A stretch of DNA of 63,246 bases, filler included, from Cercozoa sp. M6MM (lineage: Eukaryota; Protista; Endomyxa: Ascetosporea), in assembly GCA_040357565.1 (NCBI GenBank). It is 9 parts of 9 records of this genome, joined end to end, with 100 filler letters (N's around TTAATTAATTAA, not from the genome) between each part and the next. Parts side by side here need not be neighbours in the genome. Positions count along the whole stretch, not along the records: positions 31,365 to 39,022 come from JBDODJ010000606.1; positions 39,123 to 53,734 come from JBDODJ010000329.1; 7 more parts are not named here. One strand, given 5' to 3'. Under the pieces are notes generated by a model, which saw nothing but the letters and a program-made list of their open reading frames with translations, ran no database searches and was not told the origin of the DNA. Positions 38,976 through 51,932 of this stretch are shown here, in pieces (the first letter of the stretch is position 1; the number at the start of each line of letters is the position of its first letter). Position numbers and translations under genes: made by a program.

Positions 38976-39324
38976 ACGGGGGGTAAAGGGGAGTTAAGAG
39001 GGGGAATGTCGGGGTACCAATGNNNNNNNNNNNNNNNNNNNNNNNNNNNNNNNNNNNNNNNNNNNNTTAATTAATTAANNNNNNNNNNNNNNNNNNNNNN
39101 NNNNNNNNNNNNNNNNNNNNNNTATATAGACTGTGCACACGGGTGCTTACGTTCTTTTGGATCTCACTGCTATCACGTGTTCATATATTTTCGCCTCAAA
39201 TGACCCAAATTGGGCCGGTTTCGTCCAAATATACGACTACTGTCGGCGCATACCAGCCCAGAATTGACGTCTGTTAGACGTCAGTTTTTGGACGTTTATA
39301 AGGAGTTTTACTTGTACAGCACTG

Positions 39325-40535
39325 ATGTTGCCTTCCCTGTTTAATGTTGCGCGCGCACTGCGCGGCGCCCGTTCAGGCCACATGTCGATGTCTACACTGA
39401 TCGGGGTTTGTTGTTTTTGCCACTGTCTACACTGATTTTTGCCGCATTCCCTCGCAGGTCGACCGTGTCGATGATGGGCGCGTCGCGGTGGTGTCATTTG
39501 ACAAGCAGCATGCCATGAATGCGATGTGCGAGGATATGGGCCGTCAGTTCCGACGCGAGATGCAGCTGCTGTCGAAAGACAAGGAGTTGCGTGCCCTGGT
39601 TCTGACCGGTGCCGGTGCACGCGCCTTCTCGGCCGGTGGCGACCTCGACTGGATCCTTGAACGCTCCACCAGCGAGGCGCAAGACAATGTGTAGTTTGAT
39701 TTATACTGTTCGGACCCAACTCAAAAACGGATTTTCGTATTGTCCATCAGTGAGATCATGCGTCGGTTTTACTCGCGCTTCTTGTCGGTGATGGAGGTAG
39801 GGATTCCGTTTTGGTTGGCTTGGAGTGGTACAGTAAGTGTGCATGCACGTGCATATGGTCTCAAGGTGCCGGTGCCGACGATCGCCGCGCTGAACGGCGC
39901 CGCAGTCGGTGCAGGCATGTGCGTGGCCCTGGCCTGCGACATGCGCGTCGCGGCTGCCAACGCGCGCTGTCAGTTTTTTTTTTAAAGCTTTGTTCAATGT
40001 GAATTTGTCCGCCCGACCTGTTTTCTTGTGTCTCTACCTGCTTCCTTATCGCAGTGGGACTCGCCTTTCTGCCGCTCGGTCTGCATCCCGGCATGGCTGC
40101 CACGCACCTGCTGCCGCAGGTAGCGAGGAGTGTTTGCTTCTTTGTGTGTACTGTGGAGTATGTGATGGGGTTGTGTGACACCCGTGCACTGTGTTGTGAC
40201 AGACGGTCGGCCATGAGACGGCTGCACGACTGCTGCTGACGTACTGTATACCTTCAGTCTCTTCTGTGTATCGCCGTCGTTCCAGTTGACATGATGGGTG
40301 CCTGCATAGAGGTGAGTTGGTCGGTGCCTCCAAGGCCAAGCAGATCGGTCTGGTCGGCGATGTTGTCGAGGAGGGCCAGGTACCTCCCAGCACGTGTTCT
40401 TGTTCAATTCTATCTTCATCGCTGTGTGAACTGAAGGCACTCGAAAAAGCACTCGAACTGGCGCGCACGTTTACGGACAAGTCGCCTACGGTACTTCCTG
40501 TGTGTCTGTTTGTGTCTGTGTCTGTGCGTGCGTGC

Positions 40536-40586
<51 letters not shown>

Positions 40587-40596
40587 NNNNNNNNNN

Positions 40597-40645
<49 letters not shown>

Positions 40646-40962
40646 CTATTGTCCTATGACATTCTTAATTCTTGACTGCACCCAGGCGGTTCGTGCGCTG
40701 ACGGCGACCCTTCGCTCGCAGCGACGTGCCAGTAACTTTCCGAAACTGTCAACTGTGTAAATACTTAATACTAACCGTGCACACTCGTTGCAGACCTCGA
40801 ACGAGCATTGCAGCGGGAGGCTGATGCGCAGGCGCATTGCTACGCCACACAAGACCTCAAGGACTGGTATCATGAGTTCCTGCATCATGGTTTACTTAGC
40901 ACTGCGCTGTTTCACGCAGTGTCACCGGCATGCAAGAACAGATCGCGCGCAAGAAAAAGTGA
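39325..40962 (+). CDS. Enoyl-CoA hydratase/isomerase family protein, mitochondrial-type presequence
   Basis: MLPSLFNVARALRGARS; LVLTGAGARAFSAGGDL; VPTIAALNGAAVGAGMCVALACDMR; LGLHPGMAATHLLP; LLT|GELV; LQREADAQA.CY.T.DL. Confidence 0.9.
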
Positions 40963-41035
40963 GTGGGTCGGTGTCGCTGGTGGAGCACGTACGGCGCAGT
41001 ACCGCGCTCTCACCGGGACCAGTTAGTATCGTATA

Positions 41036-42340
41036 CTAGTCAGCACTAAAAGTGACTTCAGTGAAAGCTGAGAAACTGAAAATCGTGACCTGCAAGGGCC
41101 AGGGCGACTTGTAAAGAAGACGCGACGTGATTGGAAGACTCGGACAACTTGAGTGAGTTTCAGCGCAGTTTAGTTTCAGGAGAAACTGTGACGTGTGGAT
41201 CGATCGTTTGAGCGGACAAGACACCGGCAGTCTTGCTAGAGACCGGACTGCCTGACTCAATTCGGTAGCGTCAAGCTCATTCGACAAAGACTTGGTGAGC
41301 CAGGTGACGCACGAGTGCGGTGAGATCGCCATCTTTGGTTCCTGGCTCATGCTCAATGACACCGCACAATACCATCGTCTGAAGTGCTTCGTGTACGCGC
41401 GCAATGTCATCTACTTATATGTAATCCAAACATCGATGAAACGCACATTGAGCATCGGTGAGATGAAGATAAGCAAATTATCGACACCACTGTTTGGTCC
41501 CTGTGCAATGAGGGAAACGAGTGCGACGTAGCCGTCAAAGATACGCAGGAATTCCAACGAGTCGTTTTCGCAAGCACTAGCGGCATTAGTGTCATTGCTC
41601 GTTGAGATGAGTGCGTGCTGCCACAAAAGACAGCAGTCGACACGTGGCATCATGGCTCGAAGTGCACTCCTGCGCACAAACAGGTCAGTTACAGAAGACA
41701 CTGTAAACTTGCATACGCACAGGCATTAATCACGATCGTACTGCCTGCAGTTGTGCGCGTCGTCGGAGTCGATACGACACGTGAGATCAAGCATGGCGTT
41801 GCACACCCATGAATGACGCATAAAGGGCTGTAACTCTGGCCCGGATGAAGAGTCGTTCAACGCTTGCTGGCGAAAGACGCGCCAAACGCAATACACAAGC
41901 CAGTACTTCACCGACCTGAAAACGCGTACAGTAAACACATACAAATTTAAATACATCTGCTCATAAATTTACGCGATGTAGCGTGGATCCGCGGTGTGCG
42001 CGGAGCAGTCCAGAAAGTGCTGCGCCAGCGACAGCACGCGGCGGAACTGAGACTGCGCATTGTTGCTGACTATCAGTGCTTGCCACTCGGTGTGGGCGGT
42101 GAACAACAGTGGCAGCTGGCTGCGTGGTTCACAATACAACCGGTCAAAGTACAGTGCCCGTCAAATCCAAAGCCACAGTAAGAATTTCAACCTGGCAAGC
42201 TCTGTGAGCGGAACGTGGAATGCTGCCTGAATAGAGCACAACATCGCATGCGTATCTTCTTCGTATGATTTTACCTTTCCGAAATCGGTTTCCGTGCCAG
42301 TAAGCACTCGCAACAGCGCGTCACAAAGCTCCTTGACCAT
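41036..42340 (-). CDS. Hypothetical protein (multi-exon)
   Basis: Frame-consistent exons from MVKELCDALLRVLTG; no recognised domain. Confidence 0.5.
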
Positions 42341-42705
42341 ACGCGCCCGACTGCGACAGACATAGAGGTGCAGCAGGCAAAAAAACACACGAAACGGGAC
42401 ATTCCAAGGTGGCAAGATCGATCAATGGACCCACTGCCGGAAAACCGGGAAAAACTGACGAATTGAACTCTTTCCGGGTTACCTGTCACGCTAACGGCGT
42501 GCCAAAATCACCTTAGAATTCAGCGCCCGGGCCGAGAATCCTCCGCTTGTCTATTTTCTCAGAACAGCACATCAACAAGACAATAAGCTGACTACTTTGG
42601 TGGTCACAGTGGCTGGCGATCGTTTTTACTTGCAGAGCGGAAAAGTTGAGAATTCTGAGGCAATTTTGGTTGTATATACGTGTGCTATCGACGTATATTG
42701 CGTTT

Positions 42706-45700
42706 ATGGGCTCCACTCGCCGGCTGAACAAGGTTTTTGCAGGTTTCAAAAGTTTTTTTTTTTGTGAACGCTGGGACACTTTCGGCTGATAATCTACGTG
42801 TGTTCAACGTGAATCTCACTGCGTGTTTCTCAACCGCAGACACTGGGCCAACTGGTTCTGTCAGTAAAGTCGACGAATGACTTTGCTGCTTCGGTATCGA
42901 GATGTCTCGTCAGTTAATAAGTATATATATTGTAAGTTTTACTGTAAATTTAGGAAGCGATCTCACAACTGAAGCATCTGTTGGATGGTTCGTGCGACGA
43001 GCTTGAGACACTGTGTGACCAGATTCGGTAAGCTGGTGCAACAGAATAGGGCTGAATTTTCTTACTTTAGCGCTAGCGTAGCAACATGCTGGAGGAAGAA
43101 GTTTTTGACGAACGCCACCTCATTGACAAAGTAAAGCACTAAGATATGACCCATCCTTTGTTTCATTTGGATGAATCAAGCACAATGTGCAACCCAGAGC
43201 ATGGCAGAGCAGCGCGAGCACGCAATGCGCATGGCCACGCGCGTTCTTCACGAGGGTTGGTTTCTTCAAGTCGTAAACAATTGAGCGAAGTTTACATGAT
43301 GTAAATTTATGTTAATGCAGGATTAATCACGGTGCAAGACGTGCGACACAACCCTGTCCGCGTCATGGCCTGGTTTTTCAGTTCGCTGTGCTTGTGTTTC
43401 TTGAATATTATCTCGGTAAATTCACACCTGTGTAGGTTCGAGAAGTTGTCGTACGCGTCGCCAGAAATCGCGCTAAAGTTTGCAGTGCAGTTCAATCTGT
43501 GGTACTGTCTCCCTATCATACGTCAGGCCTCACTTTATTACGTCTGTACTCATGTGTATACTTCAAAGGGGCGGCTGCTTGGCGCACCTCTCAGGTCCAC
43601 ACAACGACACTACACAGATCGAGGTTTGTTATCGCTTTGGAGTTTGCATACGAGAGCGTGTGGGTATGTGTGTCTGCTTAGTTTCTCACGGATGGCACGA
43701 ATAACGGCTCTGTTGTACTCAACGTACAAGTGGAGTTGTTTGTCAGTTTGTTGTATGTGACTGGATGATCAGTTGGGCGCATTTGCTCTAACGGAACTTG
43801 GGCACGGCAGCAACGTTGCGCGCTTGCAGACCACGGTAAGTACCTGTTCATTGAACTTGCCTGTAGATGTAAGATAATTGCATATGTTTGTCTGTTAGGT
43901 GCGACTGGATCGAGAAAAGCAGTGCTTTGAACTGCACACACCGTCGTTCATTGACCAAAAGTACTGGCCTGGTACCGACCAGTCTTCTACAGCTTTGTGT
44001 CATTGATAAATTAGTACTTTCAATATTCTGAGATGCGTGTGCAGGTGGTTTGTTTCAAAACAGCACACATGCTGCCGTGTTTGCTCGCTACACGCATGAC
44101 GATGGCGTTGACCGTGTACACCTTGCTCTAGCAATATCTTGAGGATAGTCACGAGCGTTAGCACGTGCAGGGCGTGCACTGCTTCGTGGTCCCACTGCGC
44201 AGTGCGCCGAAACTCCCGCCTTTTGACGGCATCTATGTGCGGTACGACCAGCTAAGTGAGAGGTGGAGCTTGAAGAATACCGCTGCTATACCAACAGTGA
44301 TGTGGGTCTCACGACGTGCTTTCCTGGCATGGATAATGGCGGCATGGCCTTTCATCACGTGAGGTAAATTAAGTTACTTGCTTTTCTTTGCAAGATAGTT
44401 GGGTGTTGATTTTATGTGCAAACAAAACAGACTGCCGTTGTCATCGATGCTGAGTCGCTTCGCATATGTGGACGCCGATACATTGGAATACCACGCCTCG
44501 TACTCTAGCTTTTTCTTGAGTAGGCCTGAGGTATCCCAGATAAACCTAAACTTACATGCATGCACAGACTGCCACAGCACCGACTGTTCGGCGCGCACCT
44601 GGCGCCCTTTGTGGGCGGTCGCATCGCGGCTGCCTACATCTGTCTGGGGCACCTCAAGGCCGGTCTCACGTGTAGCTTCTTCTTGGCCATCTTCTTCTGA
44701 TTTCTTGGAAGTTAGAGTTCCCCACTGCATACATTTGTGGTTTCGAAGTGGCCACTCAATACTGTCGAGTGCGGCGACAGGGCGGTCCCGGAGAGGATCG
44801 CTTGCTGCTGGACCACACGGTAAATTTGCCTTCGATCCAGTGTGGAGTGCTTTACTAGGACTGTGTATGTGTGTCTGTGTTTAGCCGATTCGAATGCGAC
44901 TTGGTGTTGCCACAGCTGTCTGTTGGAATTAGTTAAATTGCGAGTCCTGTGTATGGAGACATGTGCTTGTGTATGGAAACAGGTGGCTTATGGTCTCTCG
45001 GCAGCACTGAGACGCCTGACCAACGAAAACATCGCTGCTGATCGGTCGCAGGACATGTACGTTATGCGCGAACAACGTGGGTGTTTATACAATCGTAAGG
45101 ATACGTGCATGTGGGCATGGTAATGCGAAGGAAGCGCATGGCGCAAGTTCATGAACGTGCAGCATGCTTGAAAGCATGGGGCGGTACCTCAGTTCCTTCT
45201 TCCTGCTCCTGGTGTGTATTGTTTTTTATTTACTATTTCATTTAGTGTGGTGGTGCCATGACATGCTTCAACAATGCCGTGAGTGCATGGTACGCTACTG
45301 CTTCCGTGTGTGTCTTGGTATGTGTTGTATTACCGACGTAAGGTGTGACTAGGGCGGCCAAGGCCTGCGCTCGGTGAATCGGGTCGCCACGCTGCGCGAT
45401 GCCGTCGACATGTGGTCTAGTACGCACACTTTCGTTCTGCCAGCTTGTCCCTTTTTCATTGTGTATGCCTGGGTACAGCGGGTGAAGGTGACAACACGGT
45501 CTTGCTGAAGAGTGCCGCCAAAGGATTAATTAAGGGCACCTTGTCCACTCTTGGTACAAATACTGCATCCCCTGAGCCTCCTTCGGCAGCTTGACTTTCA
45601 AGGTGATGTCAGAAAACGGAAGCGACTTTGCCCGCGATGAACTCGACGCGGTGGCGCAACTTCGACACGTCTACGTAATTTTCCTGTTTGATGCAGTTTA

Positions 45701-46302
45701 TTTGTGTCTGTATGTATGTGTGTGTCTTGTATGTACTCGAATTAGTCGAACGCGAAAGACGCCGTGGCCAAGTTCGATGCTCTCGTGCCTTGCTCTCCAC
45801 CTGCCAGTGTGTTCTGTCCGCTGTAAATTTAGAAATACACTGTGAATGCGCAGGACGATGCGATCCCGCAGGTGAAACGAGCCACGCTGGCACACACGCG
45901 AAACTACGTGCTACAGGTGCGTGCGCATCAGTTAACTCTGGCCTGTGCCTGCACTCAGCCAGCTGAATCGAATGACTACTGTGTGCAGGCACTGACAGAA
46001 ATGCGGTCGCAAAATGCGCAAACCGACGTATTGCGACGTGTGTTTCTTGCGTGGGCCTCGTAGCTTTAGATATATGAGGCATAACCGTCGAAAATCGAAA
46101 ATGTAACCTTCTTGTGCAGCGGAAATGAGCCAGAACTGGCAAACCTCTGCAGCGCCCGTCTCAATAAGCAAGGTACCAGTCTGTTTTCCCCTCATGGCTG
46201 GAAGGAGCTGCATTTACACTGGCATCGACAGGCTTACCACTCGTGCAGCTCGTGCGCGCGTTCGACGTGCCACAACGACTCTGTCGACTCGATTTCCCGT
46301 GA
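42706..46302 (+). CDS. ACOX: Peroxisomal acyl-CoA oxidase with N-terminal PTS2
   Basis: KFAVQFNLW|GG, GAFALTELGHGSNV..LQTT, TP...QKYWP|GG, GVHCFVVPLR, GMDNG, GGRI, CRECM|GGQG, TGEGDNTVL (catalytic Glu), LVRAFDVP; N-terminus MGSTRRLNK|TLGQL. Confidence 0.92.
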
Positions 46303-46388
46303 TGCTTGGATCGATATCGGCAGCGGCCCGGCGGTACCGACGCGAAACTGAATGTTTCATTTATTACAATCCACGGCATTTAATAGTA

Positions 46389-46520
46389 GAGTTTTATAAG
46401 AAACCACGCCAACTATGTATGTAGTTCCCCGGGAACTTAGTCTGGGTAGGTCACAAGGGCATCGCATACAACTCCTCCTTTGACGTTTACCACTCTAAGT
46501 TTAGGAGCCGCAGGTACTGT
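46389..46520. other. Dispersed conserved non-coding element, copy 2
   Basis: Same ordered blocks as 12680-12845, starting about 90 bp downstream of the ACOX stop. Confidence 0.6.
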
Positions 46521-47040
46521 TCGAAGCGTCCGACACTTAACGCATGGCTGGGTGCGTCGTCCTTCCGTGTCTAATTACAGTGCGAACTGAATGGAAGTGG
46601 CCAGGGCACAGTCTGCGCGGTGCAATTGCCCGGCCAGTGCCGTGAGTCGCCCAACTGAACAGTATTTCAACGGCACATGATGATGATACCATACGATAGG
46701 TGTAAGCATAAGAAGACCGGCGGCGGTGACTGAGTGGCTGCGCTGCCGACGCAAAACTGAAAGTACCAGTTCCTCCGCTTAAAGTATCCAATAATCTTCA
46801 GTCTTGCTTCGCTTCTGCGACGAGAAGTTAATAGTCGAGCAGGCGAGGAACCGAAAACGGAAGCTGCGGCGATATCGTATCTGAACGGGACACGAAAAAC
46901 CAAGTCGACGCGAGCTTACTGAAGTCGAATGTACTTAACGTAAGCTTGGCGTTCATGATTGATATCAGCTGCCTCCGCGCCAGGCCGAGGCGCTCCGTAG
47001 ATGTGATCACGACTCAATAAAGTTACGATACGAACGGAGC

Positions 47041-48282
47041 TCAGTACTCATCGTCATCGTCAGAGTTCATCCATTGGCGGAACTTGAAGCGCGCCAAGTC
47101 AATGAAACCTACGACGTCACAAAAGTAAATCTAGCATGCAGACACAGACTCTGCAAGAGGAGTAGCAAGGCACCGTGCAGCGTGGGCGCCGGGTTGACGT
47201 CGACCGAGTAGCCCATGTTGCCGTGCCAGTCCTCTGCTCACAGTTGAAAGCATAGGCAACCTGCCTGAAAATCGACATCCCAGGGGGGAGAGGAGGCTAC
47301 CGAACGTGTAGTAGTCAATAATGTAGCGCACTTCCCTGCCGCAGCGATCGACCCACCAGTCGTGTCTGTAGTCAGAATAAAAAAGATACACATGCATCAG
47401 TGTAGGTGTTAACACAGAAGACAGACACATACCGATCAAAGCTCTTGATGCCCTCGGTGTGTCCGTACACGAAGCGAGCCTTCAGGTCGGCGATGCGCTC
47501 GTAGATCGAGGTGTGGCCCCACATGCCTGCATGCATCCAGTCACAAGGACATATGCCCAACAATGCCGACAGCGAGAAAGCGGTACCCTGGAAGCGAGCG
47601 AGTTTTGGCTCGGCACACTCACTGCAGAGAGAGCCAAGGCACATATTTTGGTTACAGACAGGTATGAGACAGGTATAGTAAGGTACTCTTTGTGCATGTC
47701 TTCGAACTGCATGATGCCGTCCCACGTCATCTGCGTGACCACCTCGTGAGCATTGGCCACACTGGCGGCTGCACAAAAGGCCAGGCGATTACTAAGTCCA
47801 CAATACGATACCGATACACAGGGCCGTACCATCGGATGACTCGACGTCCTTGCCTCGTCGGCGCAGTGCGCGGAACAGCTGCGATGCCGACGGGTTCTCC
47901 CAGCTGTGCGACACGCAACAACAACAACAACAAATAACTGTCCCAAAAGGCAGACAAAACAACATTTTGGAGACAGAGAAAATACCTTTGGCCATCAGCA
48001 CTGTTGCCTACATGACGCATGACACACGTGAGTCTTTGTGCCACGATTATTCAAAACATACCGCGGCCAGTGGCAGGAATTTTCGCCTCTGGGATGTACT
48101 CTTCGTGCTCGGCAATTTCTTCCTGCAGCTCTGCCGGGCTCTAGCGCCATCACGAAGCGTAAGCAAGCAAAGTAAGTTGACACAAAGCAAGAAACAAAAA
48201 TGATGCACACCAAATCGGCCGGCACATCGCCGTGCGAGAACGAAGGCTCGCTGCGCGCGAACGGGTTGCTTGCCTCACTCAT
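47041..48282 (-). CDS. HCCS: Holocytochrome c synthase (cytochrome c/c1 heme lyase, System III), divergent
   Basis: IPATGR|GNS...WENPSASQLFRALRR, ANAHEVVTQMTW..I..FE, PKLARFQ|G, FDR|HDWWVDRCGREVRYIIDYY, DVNP. Confidence 0.92.
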
Positions 48283-48744
48283 TGCACACGCACACGCCTA
48301 CTACAAGGTTTGCGGATCACGGGGAATTTCACAACTTGAGACTCGTTCGAATTCAGCATGATGGTCGGGTTAGTTGTTTAGTTTTCTATTTAACTGTCGT
48401 TTGTCTTGTCATCAGGCGTAAAATACGTCGTTCTAGGTCGGAGAATTACGGCGTCAGGTGGGTCGCGCGTGCAGTCGGCGTCGCACGAGGCGAGTCCGCG
48501 GTGTGCGAGTTGTCCTGTGCAACAGTGGTATTAGGCCTCCTTTTCACGGAAGGGAGGCGGGGGGGGTCGCATTGAACAGTGTGTCGTGCCGAGCGTATTG
48601 CAGACATTCTCCTGTGCTTCGGCACAGTCTGGACGGGCGGCCATGTGTATTTTCTTCACTCTTTCTGGCATGTGGTGATCGGATTCAAACATCTAAGTAC
48701 CGTATAACGCATAGCTAGCGTAGTCCACAGTCGAGTTTCATGAG

Positions 48745-50904
48745 CTAGTCCGAGCCGCGGTCGACGCAGTGCTGAAGCGCCTGATGGAAAACCTTTACGC
48801 CACGTTTGAGGACTTGCAGCTTCCACTGCTCGGAGTGACGCGGGTAAAACAAGTCCAAGAGCTCTGCCCACCACGTTGAAGTTGGGTAAACTTGCGCAAG
48901 GGAAAAGAAGGACAGTACCGCCGCCAGAGCGACCGTTGGCATGGAACTCGGCGTTCTCCCACTGCAGCAGTAACGTGAGTGACACCAGGCATACAACACC
49001 AATGCACTGTTTGAACTGAACGATAAAACTACAATGAGGCCGTGCAGCATCTTGACCGGTGCATAGGTGCCGAACTCTTGACACGCGTAGAAACTGTCGG
49101 TGCTCTCGGAGCAGAACTTGGCAACGCCAGAGCCCATGTCCTGTTGTACGCACAGGTCGAAACACAGGATGACAGGACATGAAAGCACCAGCAAAAGTAT
49201 GGTGGTACGCAGTCCAGCGTATAGGCAATCGACTCGCCGGTATCTGACTCGACGTGCTCGGCACCGTAGACCTCACGCATGCGCGTTTTGTCACTGCAGG
49301 CACAGAAGCACAGAGACTAACCTACACACAGACACAGACGCACACAAAGTACCTGTCCATGCTGAGTAGCGTATCGAAAGAAAAGGCACCCAATCCAGTG
49401 TGCACATCGACAATCACAAGGCGTTCCAGAGTGCCCTGAGGAGTTAAACAACGCCCAGACATTACAAAACGAAATAAAGAGAGAAGAACAGGATGGCAGG
49501 CGCATGACACACCTCCTGGGCGCCCAACTGTCGCAACAACTGCAACAGCGTCCGAGTGGAAAACTGCTGTTCCGTTCCACTACAGAGACACACAGTTCAT
49601 GCATAGAAGGGAAGAGAGAGGGAGGAAGAGGATGGAGAGAGGGGAGAGAGGGGAGAGAGAGGAGAGAGAGGAGGAGGGAGAGAGCATACACGTAGAACAG
49701 CGAGCGCGGACGGAGGTTCTGACCCGTGGCGATCGTGTTCTTAAGCGTATTGAGGCCGTGTGTGGCAATCTAGAATTGAAGAAGCACCCCAGTCGCAAAA
49801 AGCGCCTGCTGTCAATAGAGCGAGCACAAACTACCAAGTAGGCAGCACGCGGCCAGAACACGAGACTGTCGTAGAGAGTGGGCGCATTTGGCATCTCGAG
49901 GAACGAGTTGAGTGGCAGAAAGCCACTCGCCGTCTACTCAAAGTACCCCTCCTCAATAAACTCAACACAAACACACGCGAAATACAGTCGGGAAACAGGA
50001 GATACAGGATGGTTTTCAAACTCTTCGTTGTTAAGGTAGAAGTTGCGATTTAGGTCGACGCTGTTCTCGTTGACGCGACGACCGTGTGCCATGCCGAAGG
50101 GCTGCGCTTCGGGAATATTAAACGTGAAGAGGCACATACGGAATGGTGAGACTGTTCAACTGTGCACATTACGTTCAGAGCGTGCACAAACACGCAAACG
50201 TGGCCGGTGCCGTTCCCTGCCATGGAACACACACACACATGCATACACACACAAGTGTATACACACGTGCATACACACACACAAGTGCACATACATTGCA
50301 AGAGGGGGACACAAGGACCTACTGAGTGAAAGTAGCGTTACACGAGTTTCCGGACAGCAGCTTCCGCAAATCGGAGTGCAACAAGGCACATTGAACGGCA
50401 CTGCCGGCAAAGCCTTCAGCACCATGAGTGCCAGAAACTGAAAGAGTGACTTGAAAGTGCACCAGAATGGATGTTAAACAATCGAAGTGCACTGATCTCA
50501 CCATGTAGCATCACACGGCGCGGTCGCGCACTGAAGGCACCGTTCTCTCCTTGCGAGCTCGCATCGATCTGGCCAATGATCTCTTCGTCGCCGACGATGC
50601 AGACTGCACGCAAAACACACACACACACACACACCTCTTCTCCTCAAACAGTTGTGCAAGCGAGAACGAGGTATACCATCAATGGAGAGCGTTTCGCCCA
50701 GTGGACCAAAGTGTTCACTCAAGGGGTACGAAACCAGGCGTACACCGTCAGTGAACTCGCGTTGCAGCGACTCGGCAAGGGCACGAAAGCGATCCCTGAC
50801 CGAAATCTCAAGTTTTTCAGTGCTTTTATCGATGCACATTATCGATACCTGCCAGCAAAGTAGCTTTCAGAAAAACAGCGTGTGTCAAAACTCGTATCTG
50901 CCAT
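48745..50904 (-). CDS. DUF2817 / M14-like zinc carboxypeptidase family protein
   Basis: FSESYFAGR|DRF, SGTHGAEGFAGSAVQ, VHALN|PFGMAHGRRVNENSVDLNRNF, VDVHTGLG, QEFGTY, FYP....W. Confidence 0.88.
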
Positions 50905-51188
50905 GTCTACGTCTCCCTCACAAAAACTAGTCACAGATGCTGTCTTGCCGATCGGGGCCTCAAGTAACAGTAACAACTGCTGTGAGGCAAAAAGCTATTT
51001 CGTTAAGGGCACGTTAAACTCACTCCAGTCGTGTCGCTACGAGAGTGTTACCACAGCAGTGTGCACACACTAAGTCAATCCAGCACACGCACTGGCATAG
51101 CGTGCGAGTGGATTTTTTGTCTTTGCTCGAAAGCTAGGCTTAGTGTGAAAATCGGCGCCTAGCGGTCTGCCAGACAAAAGTCCACGAC

Positions 51189-51823
51189 ATGCAGAAGAGA
51201 ACGGCAATCAACGCCGTGTTTGTAGGCGATGGTACACTTCGCAATCCAATCAGGTGAAATGTTTGGATACTGGAAATGTGCACTTTTTGTGTCCGTGCGT
51301 AGCCCAGGTGGGCAAAACCTCGCTCATCTACACGATCTCCAATGGGTACACACTGCTCATTAATCTCAACTCTTCGTGTCGGTGTGCTTGAGGACTTGAA
51401 TGCAACAAACAGTGTCTTCCCGGACGCGTCGCAGGCTCGCAGCGGCAAGAACACGGTACGGTGCTTCCCTTCAAGGGCGAGCTACTAGGGGTTATGGGAA
51501 TGTATATGTGTATGATGTATGTGTGCAGGTGTTCTTCATGCAATCGGCCGACTCGCCGGCGATGCTAATTCGCGACACGCCGTCGGATGTGAGCGTCGCT
51601 GCCGATACCTCGTTGAGTAACATCCGGCCAGCATTCGTCTGAATGTTTGTGTGTGCCAGAGGGTAAGTACACTTCTGTTTCTGCGTGCGTAGGCGAGTAC
51701 CTCCGCAGCGCCGACGTGGTCGTTTTGGTGGCCGAGCGTTTCAACCTGGCATCGCTGCAGCGAGTCACGCAGCACTGGTACGCGTTGCTCAACCAGGTGA
51801 GTCACACACCAAAGAGGAGGACA

Positions 51824-51874
<51 letters not shown>

Positions 51875-51884
51875 NNNNNNNNNN

Positions 51885-51932
<48 letters not shown>

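Noticed and set aside
46543-46885. Small basic spliced gene (MAGHSLRG...RNRKRKLRRYRI)
   Set aside because: A model can be built but the junctions are ambiguous and there is no recognisable homology.
48430-48640. SRP RNA from AGGTCGGA...ACGG and nearby hairpins
   Set aside because: The helix 8 GNRA loop/AGCAG motif and Alu domain do not fit.
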